This document shows positions 46,496 through 55,843 of a stretch of 64,000 nucleotides of DNA, piece by piece; positions within the stretch are counted from its first letter, which is position 1; each line of letters begins with the position of its first letter. The position numbers and the translations under genes were made by a program. Source of the stretch: Bacillota bacterium (GTDB taxonomy: Bacteria; Bacillota; Dethiobacteria; DTU022); contig JAABTH010000001.1 of assembly GCA_011389985.1 (NCBI GenBank), positions 4,158 to 68,157 of the forward strand, in the 5' to 3' direction. The notes under the pieces were generated by a model. That model made no database searches. It was given only the letters and a program-made list of their open reading frames with translations, and was not told the origin of the DNA.

Positions 46496-47434
46496 ATGAT
46501 CGAACCGACAGATAGTAAAAAAACTGTATTGGCTGATATTTCTTTGGTCTTTGTGGCCCTTTTCTGGGGCTCTAATTTTGTGATCATGAAGCATGCTTTT
46601 GAGGTTATAGAACCTTTTACCTACCTGGGTATTCGCTTCCTTCTTGCTGCTGCCCTATTGGCAATAATTTTTTGGAAAAGGTTAAAAAAAGCCCCAATCG
46701 GTGATTACTGGGCGGGCTGTGTAATCGGCATATTATTATTTACCGGTTATGTTTTTCAGACTATTGGCCTGTTGTATAGCACTCCGGCTAATACCGGTTT
46801 TATCACAGGGATTGCCGTGGTCATAGTCCCCTTTCTTTATTTTATAGTTACGAAGCGTTCTCCCGGTTGGTGGGCATTTCTTGGTGGAGGTTTAGCCGCA
46901 ATTGGTCTTTACCTTATGTCGGCTAATGAATCAATGGGTCTTAGTTTTGGTGATGGGCTCACTCTGATCGGAGCATTCCTGTTTGCCGGTCACCTTATTG
47001 CAATAGCAATGTATGTGAAACAACGTGATCCCATAGTTCTGGCAGTAACCCAGATAGCAGTGACAGGCTTGGCCAGCTTTGTTGTTGCCCTTTTTGTAGA
47101 GCCGGCATCCGGCATGTTCAGTCATTCAATGGCTATCTGGGGAGCTATACTATATGCAGTTATATTCTGTACAATTGGCGCTTTTGTTACGCAGACCATC
47201 GCCCAACGTTACACCCCGCCTATGCATGCCGTTTTGATACTTTCAACAGAGGCAATATTTGCCGGGTTATTCTCATTCCTCTTCTGGGGTGAAATATTTA
47301 CAGCTCAAAAACTTAGCGGGGCGGCATTAATTCTTGCCGGTATTTTGATCACTGAACTCAGGCCGGTTTTGGCCTCAAAAATAGCTGCTTACCAGGCATC
47401 TTCCACCAGGAGAGGCATCCCACCGGTGGAATAA
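46496..47434 (+). CDS. DMT-superfamily transporter (EamA-like, 10 TM)
   Basis: Two EamA repeats. GAGGATATAG RBS. Confidence 0.8.
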   Translation: MIEPTDSKKTVLADISLVFVALFWGSNFVIMKHAFEVIEPFTYLGIRFLLAAALLAIIFWKRLKKAPIGDYWAGCVIGILLFTGYVFQTIGLLYSTPANTGFITGIAVVIVPFLYFIVTKRSPGWWAFLGGGLAAIGLYLMSANESMGLSFGDGLTLIGAFLFAGHLIAIAMYVKQRDPIVLAVTQIAVTGLASFVVALFVEPASGMFSHSMAIWGAILYAVIFCTIGAFVTQTIAQRYTPPMHAVLILSTEAIFAGLFSFLFWGEIFTAQKLSGAALILAGILITELRPVLASKIAAYQASSTRRGIPPVE

Positions 47435-47444
47435 AATTGTTCTC

Positions 47445-48788
47445 ATGTTTTCTAAAGGGGGTTCAGCTTTGACCGCTTTGGGGAATAAAGGGTACCTTTA
47501 TAACAGTGTGAATTTAAAAATTCGCTGGATTATGTGGTTTTCGTTGATCCTTCTTCATTTGGTTACTTCGTTTCATCGTGTTTCTTTTAATGTAGTCGCC
47601 GATCTTTTAACCGCTGAATTTAATCTAACCGGGGCCGGTCTCGGTAACCTGGCTGCAGCTTATACATACATGTATGTTCTGATGCAAATACCGGGCGGCA
47701 TTCTGGTTGATCGACTGGGCCCAAGACGCATAGCCCTTTTAACCGGGCTGGCGATGGCAAGTGGTTCAATCGTAATCGGGTTTGCTCCAAGCGCTGATTT
47801 TGTTTTTCTGGGCCGCATGCTGATTGGTTTCGGGGGCTCAGTTGTTTTGATCAACATTTTTAAATTCCAGGCTTCATGGTTCCGTGCGGCTGAATTTGCT
47901 ACCATGTCGGGTTTTGCCCTGCTCATAAGCACAAGTGGCGCACTGTTGGCAGCTACTCCGCTGGCCGTGGCGGTAAATGCATATGGGTGGCGTACATCTT
48001 TTATTGCTTTCGGGCTGATGACAATAGTGGTGGCATTTTTCTGCCTATTTATTGTTCGTAACAGCCCCGGAGAAAACCAGGATAACATTGCTTCCGGTAT
48101 TGATAATGATTCAGTCCAAAATGAACCAATAAAAATAAACCTGCAGGCAATTAAAACTGTTTTATCAAACCGCAAGTTATGGATTCCCTTCCTGATAAAT
48201 CTTGGCACCTACAGCGGTTTTGTTGTTTTTGCCGGAACATGGGGGGTTTCATACCTTGTTCATGTGTACGGTATCGGTATTGAAAGAGCATCGGGTTTTA
48301 TGGTGGCCGCTTACATCGGTTACATGGTAGGAGCGCCGTCTGCCGGGGCAATATCTGATCGAATCGGCTCCCGGAAAACACCTGCCGTGGTATTGATCGG
48401 CTTAGCTGCCCTTTTCTGGTTAGCCCTTGCTGCCTGGCCGGGCGGCTTGCTTCCTTTGTGGCTGATCTACGTTTTATGTGTGCTCCTGGGTTTGGGGAGC
48501 GCAGCAACTGTGCTCAGTTTCCCCATGGCCCGTGAAGTTAGTATTCCCGGATATACGGGCCTGGTGACGGCTGCAGTGAACCTTGGAGTTTTCCTCGGTA
48601 TGGCAATATTACAACCTTTTTTCGGTTACATTTTAGATCAGGGCTGGCAGGGTTTAATAATTGATGGCGCCCGCATTTATCCGTTGGAAGCTTACCGGAT
48701 TGGTTTTATTGTTACTTTTATTTTTGCCGCCCTGTCGTTTGTTGCAACTCTTTTTTACCGGGAAAGCAGAATGGGAGAGAAAGCTTAA
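47445..48788 (+). CDS. MFS transporter
   Basis: 12-TM MFS with a G-x-LaD-r-x-G-rr-like loop (LVDRLGPRRIALLTG). True start uncertain; possibly the internal Met at ~47532. Confidence 0.75.
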   Translation: MFSKGGSALTALGNKGYLYNSVNLKIRWIMWFSLILLHLVTSFHRVSFNVVADLLTAEFNLTGAGLGNLAAAYTYMYVLMQIPGGILVDRLGPRRIALLTGLAMASGSIVIGFAPSADFVFLGRMLIGFGGSVVLINIFKFQASWFRAAEFATMSGFALLISTSGALLAATPLAVAVNAYGWRTSFIAFGLMTIVVAFFCLFIVRNSPGENQDNIASGIDNDSVQNEPIKINLQAIKTVLSNRKLWIPFLINLGTYSGFVVFAGTWGVSYLVHVYGIGIERASGFMVAAYIGYMVGAPSAGAISDRIGSRKTPAVVLIGLAALFWLALAAWPGGLLPLWLIYVLCVLLGLGSAATVLSFPMAREVSIPGYTGLVTAAVNLGVFLGMAILQPFFGYILDQGWQGLIIDGARIYPLEAYRIGFIVTFIFAALSFVATLFYRESRMGEKA

Positions 48789-49786
48789 TGAAGAAAATGA
48801 CATCCAGGGAAAGAATTCTGGCTGCGCTTGCCCTGAATGAACCTGATCAGATCCCTTTTGCAGACGATGTGGATCCTGCTGTCAGGGCTATGGTTATGGA
48901 GTCTGAACAATACAGCGATATCAAATTTTGCCGTAAACTGGGTCTTGATGCAATTGATTACCGGGGCAAAGAGTACTGGTCGCCCCTGTTTTATAAGACT
49001 GTAATTAAAAACGGATACGAATTTCAGCTTGACGGCATGATCAAAAGGGAACGTGACCTCAATTTAATGATTTTTCCTGATTCATCGGATGCAAGCCTGT
49101 ATGATCCGATTAAACGTTATGTTGATAAATATGCTGGGGAAGATCTGGCAATTTTTCTCTACATGGCCTGGGGCATGGATTGTGTGATCAGTTCAATGGG
49201 TTTTGAGGCATTTTCAGAAGCTTTATATGACAACAGAAAACTTGTCGAGAATATTCTCGACCGTTATACAGAGTGGAACAGTGCTATAGTCGATCGCTTA
49301 AATTCAGTGGGAATTGATTTCATCATAACCTATAATAACATTGCTTTTAACAGCGGGCCGTTATTTTCTCCCCAGGTTCTACGAGAGATATTTTTGCCGA
49401 AAATAAAATTGGTTGCAGATGCCTGTAAAATCCCCTGGGTATTTCACAGTGATGGTAACATCAGTCCGATTTTGGAAGACTTGCTTACCCTGCGCATGAA
49501 CGGTATCCACCCGGTTGATCCTTTAAGTATGGATTTGCGTAAAATCAAAAAGCGCTATGGTGAGCGGGTATGCCTTTGGGGTAATGTTGACCTGTCATAT
49601 GCACTGACAAGAGGTACCACTGCTGAAGCGGAGGCAGAAGTAATAAGATGCATTAAATCGGCCGGCCCGGGTGGAGGATACATTTTGGGAAGTGCCAACT
49701 GCCTGCCCGGCTACGTTAAGAAAGATAATGTGCTGGCCATGGCCGGGGCTGTAAAAAAATATGGCAAATACCCGCTTAAGCTCTAA
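48788..49786 (+). CDS. uroporphyrinogen decarboxylase (URO-D) family protein (MtaA/MtbA/MtqA-like methylcobamide methyltransferase family)
   Basis: URO-D fold pattern throughout. Start overlaps the MFS stop (ATGA). GGGAGAGAAAG RBS. Confidence 0.7.
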   Translation: MKKMTSRERILAALALNEPDQIPFADDVDPAVRAMVMESEQYSDIKFCRKLGLDAIDYRGKEYWSPLFYKTVIKNGYEFQLDGMIKRERDLNLMIFPDSSDASLYDPIKRYVDKYAGEDLAIFLYMAWGMDCVISSMGFEAFSEALYDNRKLVENILDRYTEWNSAIVDRLNSVGIDFIITYNNIAFNSGPLFSPQVLREIFLPKIKLVADACKIPWVFHSDGNISPILEDLLTLRMNGIHPVDPLSMDLRKIKKRYGERVCLWGNVDLSYALTRGTTAEAEAEVIRCIKSAGPGGGYILGSANCLPGYVKKDNVLAMAGAVKKYGKYPLKL

Positions 49787-49819
49787 ATGTTATAATTGTA
49801 AAAAGGGGAGGCGGTTTGG

Positions 49820-50938
49820 GTGGAAAGGAAAATCAGGGAATATGCTCTGGAGATAGGTTTTGATGAAGTAGGCTTTACAACCGCTGATCCATTTCCTCAG
49901 CTCATTAGCGCTCTAGAAGAGAGAAAAGAAGGTTACAGCTGGATTAGTGAAAGACTGCTGCAGCTTGCTCATGTGGCTGATCCCCATTTTGTTCTCCCCT
50001 CGGCCAAATCGATTGTTGTCCTTTTATATGATTACTACAAGCAGGCTTATCCGGAAGAGCTTCTCGGCCGGATCGGCAAGGCTTACCAGTCAAGACTGTA
50101 TCCCGGGAAAAAGCGCTTATTCGGAAGCCGCCTACGCCTGATCAGGGAGTTTCTTGAAGAGAAGGGAATGGAAGTGGGTATAAGACCGGCTATGCCGGAA
50201 CGTCAGGCAGCGGTAAGGGCAGGGGTAGGCAGGTTTGGCTGCAATACTTTTGTTTATGCCCCTGGCAGGGGTAGTTATATCGGGATCGTGGCAATGGCCG
50301 TCAGCGCCGAATTAGATCCAACAAGTGCAGATGCCGAATCAGGATGCCCCGATGATTGCCGCCGCTGCATCGAGGCCTGCCCAACAGGTGCGCTCTATGC
50401 TCCCTTTAAAATGGATCCCCTTCGCTGTATTGCTTTCAACACTTACGGCGCCGGAAATTTCCCCGGCGCACCTGAAGATATTCCCAATGATATCCGTGAA
50501 AAAATGGGCTCATGGATCTATGGTTGCGATCTCTGTCAGGATGCATGCCCAAAAAATCAAAAACGCCTAAACCAGGAGCTGCTACCTGATGTATACCTTG
50601 AGGAGGCAGCACCCGGGTTTGCGCCCGAGGTTCTCCTCGGTATGGATGATCGCTATTTCAGGGAGAAAGTGCAACAACTTCTTTATGGTTATATCTGGGA
50701 GAAGAAGTTTATCCAGCGCAATGCTGCCATTGCTCTTGGCAACCGCGGAGATGATGCTTATATTGGACTGATAGCGGATGCTCTTAAAGATCCCGAAGAT
50801 ATAGTTCGTCGCTACAGCGCCTGGGCTTTGGGACGTATAGGCGGGCTTAAAAGTAGGAAAGTTTTGGATGTGGCTCTGAAAAGAGAAGATCTACCGGCTG
50901 TGAAAGAAGAGATTAAAGAAGCACTTGGTAAAAGCTGA
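49820..50938 (+). CDS. QueG-like 4Fe-4S / HEAT-repeat protein (epoxyqueuosine reductase family; related to reductive dehalogenase-type cobalamin enzymes)
   Basis: CPDDCRRCIEACP and CDLCQDACP ferredoxin motifs, followed by C-terminal HEAT/PBS-lyase-like repeats (RRYSAWALGRIGG). Confidence 0.5.
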   Translation: MERKIREYALEIGFDEVGFTTADPFPQLISALEERKEGYSWISERLLQLAHVADPHFVLPSAKSIVVLLYDYYKQAYPEELLGRIGKAYQSRLYPGKKRLFGSRLRLIREFLEEKGMEVGIRPAMPERQAAVRAGVGRFGCNTFVYAPGRGSYIGIVAMAVSAELDPTSADAESGCPDDCRRCIEACPTGALYAPFKMDPLRCIAFNTYGAGNFPGAPEDIPNDIREKMGSWIYGCDLCQDACPKNQKRLNQELLPDVYLEEAAPGFAPEVLLGMDDRYFREKVQQLLYGYIWEKKFIQRNAAIALGNRGDDAYIGLIADALKDPEDIVRRYSAWALGRIGGLKSRKVLDVALKREDLPAVKEEIKEALGKS

Positions 50939-50988
50939 ACGGGATGATGTAAAGTTTTAAGCGAGAGATTAAAACAGGGAGGCTTAAT

Positions 50989-51807
50989 ATGGATAAGTTG
51001 ATCGTAACGGTTGCGCCAACAGGAAATGTGCCTACCAGGAAAACAAATCCTTACCTGCCGGTAACTCCCGAAGAGATTGCAGAGGATCTATACCGCTGTT
51101 ACAAAGCCGGTGCATCTGTTGCCCATATTCATGCCCGGGATGAACAAGGTAAACCTTCAGCCGACCCGGATCTGTTTCAGGCAATTACAGAACTAATCCG
51201 TGAAAAATGCGACATCATTATTCAGTTATCTACCGGTGCGCGTGCCGGCAAAAGCGCTGATGAACGCAGCGCCTGCATAGCCCTAAAGCCTGAAATGGCC
51301 AGCCTTTCAACCGGATCAACAAATTTTGCCCGTTCGGTTAATTATAACCCGCCGGCGTTGATCAAAGAGCTTGCCGGGCGAATGGAGAATCATGGCGTTA
51401 AGCCTGAAATAGAGGTTTTCGATCTTTCAGCCCTTGAGTATGCCATCTATCTGGTCGAAAAAAAGATCCTGAAAGGGCCCATGCACATTAATCTTGTTCT
51501 GGGTGTGCCCGGATCTATCAGCGGAAGCCCCCGCAATTTATTTTTTCTGGTGGAAAGTTTGCCTGCCGGTTGCACGTGGTCTGTGACAAGCATAGGCAGT
51601 AGCCACCGGCAATTGAGTGCCCTTGCTCTTATTCTGGGCGGGCATGTTCGCACCGGTCTTGAAGATGTTCTGGAACTGGAAGCCGGAAAGCCTGCTTCAA
51701 ATCTTAAACTGGTTGAAAGAATCGTTGCTTTGGCCCGTTTTTACGGTCGTGAGCCTGCTACACCGGCAGAGGCCCGCTCTATTCTCGGTTTACCTGCACT
51801 TTTCTGA
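50989..51807 (+). CDS. BKACE-family enzyme (3-keto-5-aminohexanoate cleavage enzyme-like, DUF849)
   Basis: LIVTVAPTGNVPT...HIHARDEQGKP...IIIQLSTG...INLVLGVPG matches the Kce/BKACE TIM-barrel signature. Confidence 0.7.
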   Translation: MDKLIVTVAPTGNVPTRKTNPYLPVTPEEIAEDLYRCYKAGASVAHIHARDEQGKPSADPDLFQAITELIREKCDIIIQLSTGARAGKSADERSACIALKPEMASLSTGSTNFARSVNYNPPALIKELAGRMENHGVKPEIEVFDLSALEYAIYLVEKKILKGPMHINLVLGVPGSISGSPRNLFFLVESLPAGCTWSVTSIGSSHRQLSALALILGGHVRTGLEDVLELEAGKPASNLKLVERIVALARFYGREPATPAEARSILGLPALF

Positions 51808-51833
51808 GATTTCCAAGAATTCCTGAGATATTG

Positions 51834-51863
51834 TTGACACAACAGGCACTGGTAAGATAATAT
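51834..51863 (+). promoter_or_regulatory. sigma-A-type promoter TTGACA-N17-ATAATA for the hisC-like gene leader
   Basis: Seen directly, ~120 nt upstream of the start codon. Confidence 0.45.
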
Positions 51864-51912
51864 TGGTATTAAGAAAAGCAGAATTAGTAACATTTTTTAA
51901 ACCTGCTGCTCA

Positions 51913-51970
51913 TAGCTAACAGATATGAGGGAGCACCGGGGTATTATCCCGCGTGCTCTTAATTTATTTT
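51913..51970 (+). promoter_or_regulatory. leader attenuator: TAG-N4-CAG-N4-GAG triplet array abutting a strong intrinsic terminator (10-bp bulged stem, 7-nt loop) and U-tract, 13 nt before the RBS of the hisC-like gene; candidate HutP-type antitermination site
   Basis: Seen directly: cat-TAG-ctaa-CAG-atat-GAG-ggag, then GAGCACCGGG-gtattat-CCCGcGTGCTC, then TTAATTTATTTT. The third NAG overlaps the 5' arm of the hairpin. Confidence 0.5.
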
Positions 51971-51983
51971 CGGAGGGGAAAAG

Positions 51984-53087
51984 ATGCAAATAATCAGTAA
52001 GCGTGCGAACCTGGATACAATTAAGGCTTATGTGCCCGGTAAACCTGTTGAAGAGGTGGAACGTGAACTGGGTGTAAAAGTTGAAGCAAAACTGGCCTCT
52101 AATGAAAATACTCTGGGGCCTTCTCCCCTGGCCGTTCGAGCAATTATTGAATCAGCCGATCATGTGAACCTATATCCTGATGGAAGCTGTCACTATCTGC
52201 GCAATGCGTTGGCCAGTAAAATTGGAGTTGATCCCGGCCAGCTAATGGTCACGAATGGAGCTGACGAGGCTCTCTCACTGATTGCCCGCACTTACATTAA
52301 CCCCGGCGAAGAAACAGTAATGCCTGATCCAAGCTTTCCCCAATATGAATTTGCAACAAGGGTGATGGACGGCAAACCACAGGTGGTTCCTCTTAGAAAA
52401 GATTTCAGCTATGATTTAGATGCGATGCTTTCTGCAGTTAATGAACATACTCGCATATTCTATTTATGCAGCCCAAATAACCCGACAGGAACCATTCTGA
52501 CAAAACCTGAACTTGAGAAAGCGCTTGATCAATTACCCGGGAACGTTTTGGTTGTGCTTGATGAAGCCTATTATGAATATGTGACCGAACCTGATTATTT
52601 CAATGCGCTGGATTATATCAGGAGCGGATATCCTGTTATAGCGCTTCGAACATTCTCCAAGATTTATGGCCTGGCAGGCTTGCGGGTGGGCTACGCTATA
52701 GCTGACGAAATGATAATAAAAGATCTGAATTCCGTGCGTGAACCCTTCAATGTGAACCGTGTTGCCCAGGTTGCTGCAGCTGCTGCGCTCGAAGATGATC
52801 AGCACGTTACGAGGAGCCTTGAAACAGTTGAAAGAGGAAAAGAATTACTTTTCGGCGAGCTTAAGTCGCTTGGTTTTTACTGTTACCCCACTCAGACCAA
52901 CTTTATTTTTGTTGATTTCAGACAGCCAACAGATCAGCTCTTTCAGGAACTGCTTAGAAAAGGCATTATTATAAGACCGGGCGGTATCTATGGTTATCCT
53001 GAACATGCCCGGGTGACAATTGGTACGGATATGGAAAACAAAAAGTTCCTGGAGAAACTGAAAGAAATTGTGAGCGCAAAGGTTTGA
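51984..53087 (+). CDS. hisC: histidinol-phosphate/aromatic aminotransferase family protein (class II PLP aminotransferase, HisC-like)
   Basis: LASNENTLGPSP at the N-terminus. PLP-lysine context FSKIYGLAGLRVGY. 367 aa. Confidence 0.8.
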   Translation: MQIISKRANLDTIKAYVPGKPVEEVERELGVKVEAKLASNENTLGPSPLAVRAIIESADHVNLYPDGSCHYLRNALASKIGVDPGQLMVTNGADEALSLIARTYINPGEETVMPDPSFPQYEFATRVMDGKPQVVPLRKDFSYDLDAMLSAVNEHTRIFYLCSPNNPTGTILTKPELEKALDQLPGNVLVVLDEAYYEYVTEPDYFNALDYIRSGYPVIALRTFSKIYGLAGLRVGYAIADEMIIKDLNSVREPFNVNRVAQVAAAAALEDDQHVTRSLETVERGKELLFGELKSLGFYCYPTQTNFIFVDFRQPTDQLFQELLRKGIIIRPGGIYGYPEHARVTIGTDMENKKFLEKLKEIVSAKV

Positions 53088-53105
53088 GGAAGGTGAGATG
53101 TTAAG

Positions 53106-55127
53106 ATGCTCCATCCGTTATTCTATCCCCGGGCAGTCGCCGTTATCGGCTCTGCCGCTGAAGGTAAAATTGGCCATACCCTGATCAGCCAGCTGGTTGA
53201 AGGTGGTTTCAGCAACGTTTTTGCTGTAAACCCCAAATCACAGGGAGTCGGTACAGTACCCGGTTTTGAATCGGTAAGTGTTATTGGCAGCCCGGTAGAC
53301 CTGGCTGTTATAGCTTCACCTGCATCAACTGTCAGCGCAATTCTTGAAGATTGCGGAAAAGCCGGCGTTAAGGCGGCGATTGTAATTACTGCCGGATTTT
53401 CTGAAACCGGCAACATCGATGGCGAAATCGAGCTTAAAGCTATTGCAGACAGATATAAAATTCGCTTTGCCGGTCCTAACTGTGCAGGCATAATCAATAA
53501 CCACCACAATCTTTCTCTGACCCTTGAAACAGTACCGCCACTGGGCAAAACAGCCCTTGTTTCTCAAAGTGGCGCTCTTGGTGGTTTAATTCTCTCCTGG
53601 GCTGAAGAACAGGGCCTGGGGTTTTCAAAATTTATCAGCTACGGCAATGCTGCTGATATAAATGAGACAGATCTTCTGGAATATCTGATCAACGACAGCG
53701 AAACTGAAGTTGTGGCTTTATATGTGGAAAGTGTAAAAGACGGGCGTCGTTTTTATGAAGTTGCTTCCCGGTTAACAAAGACAAAACCGCTTGTCGTGAT
53801 CAAATCAGGACGAACTGAATCAGGCAGAAGGGCTGCTCAGTCGCATACCGGTTCAATGGCCGGCTCAGATGCTGTTTTTGACAGTGTGTTGCTTGATTGT
53901 GGCGCTATGAGAGTTTATAACGTGGAGGAAATGTTTGACCTCTGTAAGGGATTGACATCCCTCCCCCCCTTGAAAGGGAAGCGTCTAGCAGTTGTGACAA
54001 ATTCAGGAGGTCCAGGGGTGATGGCTGCAGACCATGCTGAATCTATCGGTTTGGATCTAGCCGAACCGGGCAAAAGACTCCGTGAAAAGCTTTCAGTTTT
54101 TCTGCCTCCCCAGTGTGCCCTGAAAAACCCTATTGATTTAACCGTTGAGGGAACTGAAGAAGGATACAGAAAAGCGCTTATGGCTGTACTGGAAGAATAT
54201 GATGCTGCTGTCGCAGTTTACGTGGGCACCCCCAGTCTTGCCTCGGGGCCGATTGCCGCAGGGGTATGCCAGGTAGCAATGGATACAGAAAAACCGGTTG
54301 TTCCCACTTTTATGGCGGGCAATACAGTAACAGAAGCATTAAAGCGTTTTAAGGAGTGCGGACTGCCAAATTATGCAACAGGAGAAAGGGCAGTTTCAGT
54401 GTTGGCTAAAATGGCGGAATATGAGAATGGAAAGCAGAAAGAGGCAGCCCTTTTAAAATATGACGGACCGGTGACAGGTCTGCCCGCCCGGGGACAATTG
54501 CTCGAGCCTGAAGCGATGACTTTGTTAAAGGAAAACGATCTGCCCGTGCCGCGGTTTTTATTTGCATTAAACCCGGATGATGCAGTTGGCGCTGCAGCGG
54601 AGATAGGCTATCCTGTTGTTATGAAAGTTGTTTCTCCTGATATCCTGCACAAGTCGGAATATGGCGGGGTAATAATAAATATTATGGGTGCTAAAGAGGT
54701 TGAGGCTGCTTTTGAAAAGATAGAAGATGGTGCAGCCGGGAAAGATTTTCGAGGCGTTGTAATTTATCCTATGATTAAAGATGCGAGGGAAGTAATACTG
54801 GGGCTCTATCGCGATCCGCAGTTTGGCCCGGTTGTTGCTTTCGGCATGGGCGGTATATACACGGAAATCATTGGAGATATTGCTTTAAGGCTTGCCCCGC
54901 TGACCCAAAAGAGAGCAGCCGGGATGATCAGGGAAATAAAAACTTTACCTTTGCTGGAAGGTATGCGCGGGCAGAAGGCAGTCAATTTCGATCTGCTCGA
55001 AAGAATGCTTGTCAGCTTTTCTTTATTACCCTTTAAGTATCCGGATATTACAGAAATGGATCTCAATCCTGTATTCCTGAAAGAGGATGATATATTTGTC
55101 GGGGATGTGCGGATAATCCGAGCCTGA
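53106..55127 (+). CDS. ADP-forming acyl-CoA synthetase (acetate--CoA ligase (ADP-forming) family, fused alpha/beta subunits)
   Basis: N-terminal CoA-binding and succinyl-CoA-synthetase-like domains (AVIGSAAEGKIGHTL...), then a C-terminal ATP-grasp domain. 673 aa. Confidence 0.8.
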   Translation: MLHPLFYPRAVAVIGSAAEGKIGHTLISQLVEGGFSNVFAVNPKSQGVGTVPGFESVSVIGSPVDLAVIASPASTVSAILEDCGKAGVKAAIVITAGFSETGNIDGEIELKAIADRYKIRFAGPNCAGIINNHHNLSLTLETVPPLGKTALVSQSGALGGLILSWAEEQGLGFSKFISYGNAADINETDLLEYLINDSETEVVALYVESVKDGRRFYEVASRLTKTKPLVVIKSGRTESGRRAAQSHTGSMAGSDAVFDSVLLDCGAMRVYNVEEMFDLCKGLTSLPPLKGKRLAVVTNSGGPGVMAADHAESIGLDLAEPGKRLREKLSVFLPPQCALKNPIDLTVEGTEEGYRKALMAVLEEYDAAVAVYVGTPSLASGPIAAGVCQVAMDTEKPVVPTFMAGNTVTEALKRFKECGLPNYATGERAVSVLAKMAEYENGKQKEAALLKYDGPVTGLPARGQLLEPEAMTLLKENDLPVPRFLFALNPDDAVGAAAEIGYPVVMKVVSPDILHKSEYGGVIINIMGAKEVEAAFEKIEDGAAGKDFRGVVIYPMIKDAREVILGLYRDPQFGPVVAFGMGGIYTEIIGDIALRLAPLTQKRAAGMIREIKTLPLLEGMRGQKAVNFDLLERMLVSFSLLPFKYPDITEMDLNPVFLKEDDIFVGDVRIIRA

Positions 55128-55229
55128 AAACCGGATATATTTGACATTGATTTCAGCGGTATTTATAGTAAAATAAAGTTGTGTTTAATTTCACAACAGC
55201 GTTTAAACCGCTCTCGGAGGATATAATAT

Positions 55230-55676
55230 TTGAGTACTTTAGGTAGTATTGCTATAGGTATCGCCATTGCCGAAGCTGGTGAAGAGGCAGAAACGTTAAT
55301 TAGCGAGGCGCGAAAACTGGGCTATAAGGCTATCCGCAGCCAGGTAGGTTCAATGTCAATGGATAAGGTTATTGCCGCTATTGAGACAGCTTCGCGCCGA
55401 GAAGGGATAATTTCCGACACATATCACCAGGAACATGCTCTTTACCATGCTATAATTGATGCTTTGCTCGGAGTTTGCCGGGGCCAGCTTGAATTGGGTA
55501 ACATTGTAAGGACCGTAGGGTTAAGCTATTCGGTGGTGTGTGGACCGATCAAGTCTGACTGCAACAGGGAAGAAAATTGGATCATGGTAGTTTTATACGG
55601 AACGATTGGAGCTCCGATTAAAGGTTTTGAGCATGAGGCAATTGGCCTCGGCACTTACCATATAGACACCAGATAA
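55230..55676 (+). CDS. hutP: HutP-family RNA-binding antiterminator protein
   Basis: 148 aa. VGSMSMDKVIAAIETASRREGII...HALYHAIIDALLGVCRGQ...VRTVGL...LYGTIGAPIKGFEHEAIGLGTYHI aligns closely with B. subtilis HutP (VGSMDAHKVIAAIETASKKSGVI...HALYHATMEALHGVTRGE...LRTVGL...LYGTIGAPIKGLEHETFGVGINHI). TTG start with a GGAGG RBS. A TTGACA-N17-TATAGT promoter lies at ~55143. Confidence 0.8.
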   Translation: MSTLGSIAIGIAIAEAGEEAETLISEARKLGYKAIRSQVGSMSMDKVIAAIETASRREGIISDTYHQEHALYHAIIDALLGVCRGQLELGNIVRTVGLSYSVVCGPIKSDCNREENWIMVVLYGTIGAPIKGFEHEAIGLGTYHIDTR

Positions 55677-55690
55677 AAGTCAGGCAATAT

Positions 55691-55806
55691 CAGATTGCAG
55701 GTGTCAGCCCGGCCTTGCAGTAACAAACCAAATAGTTAATGCTTTTTACAGGCACATTAGACAACAGACAAGAGAGTGTTCTAGATTCTGGCGCTCTTTT
55801 TTTGTT
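55691..55806 (+). promoter_or_regulatory. hutP-iorA intergenic leader with two NAG-N4-NAG-N4-NAG arrays (CAG-attg-CAG-gtgt-CAG at 55691-55707; TAG-acaa-CAG-acaa-GAG at 55758-55774), an imperfect hairpin (55770-55798) and T-run (55796-55806); candidate HutP-dependent terminator/antiterminator
   Basis: Triplet spacing seen directly. The second array overlaps the 5' arm of the hairpin. The stem is imperfect (7 bp with one mismatch), so terminator strength is uncertain. Confidence 0.45.
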
Positions 55807-55843
55807 TAGAATTAATACAGAAAATTGTACAGGAGGTGCTGAT

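Noticed and set aside
47660-48208. 182-aa minus-strand ORF inside the MFS transporter gene
   Set aside because: Antisense shadow ORF.
53123-53567. Minus-strand ORFs inside the ADP-forming acyl-CoA synthetase gene
   Set aside because: Antisense shadow ORFs within a strongly supported gene.
55739-55843. Upstream extension of the iorA track ORF
   Set aside because: Would translate through the NAG-array/terminator leader. The conserved IorA N-terminus begins at the TTG with a GGAGG RBS at 55844.
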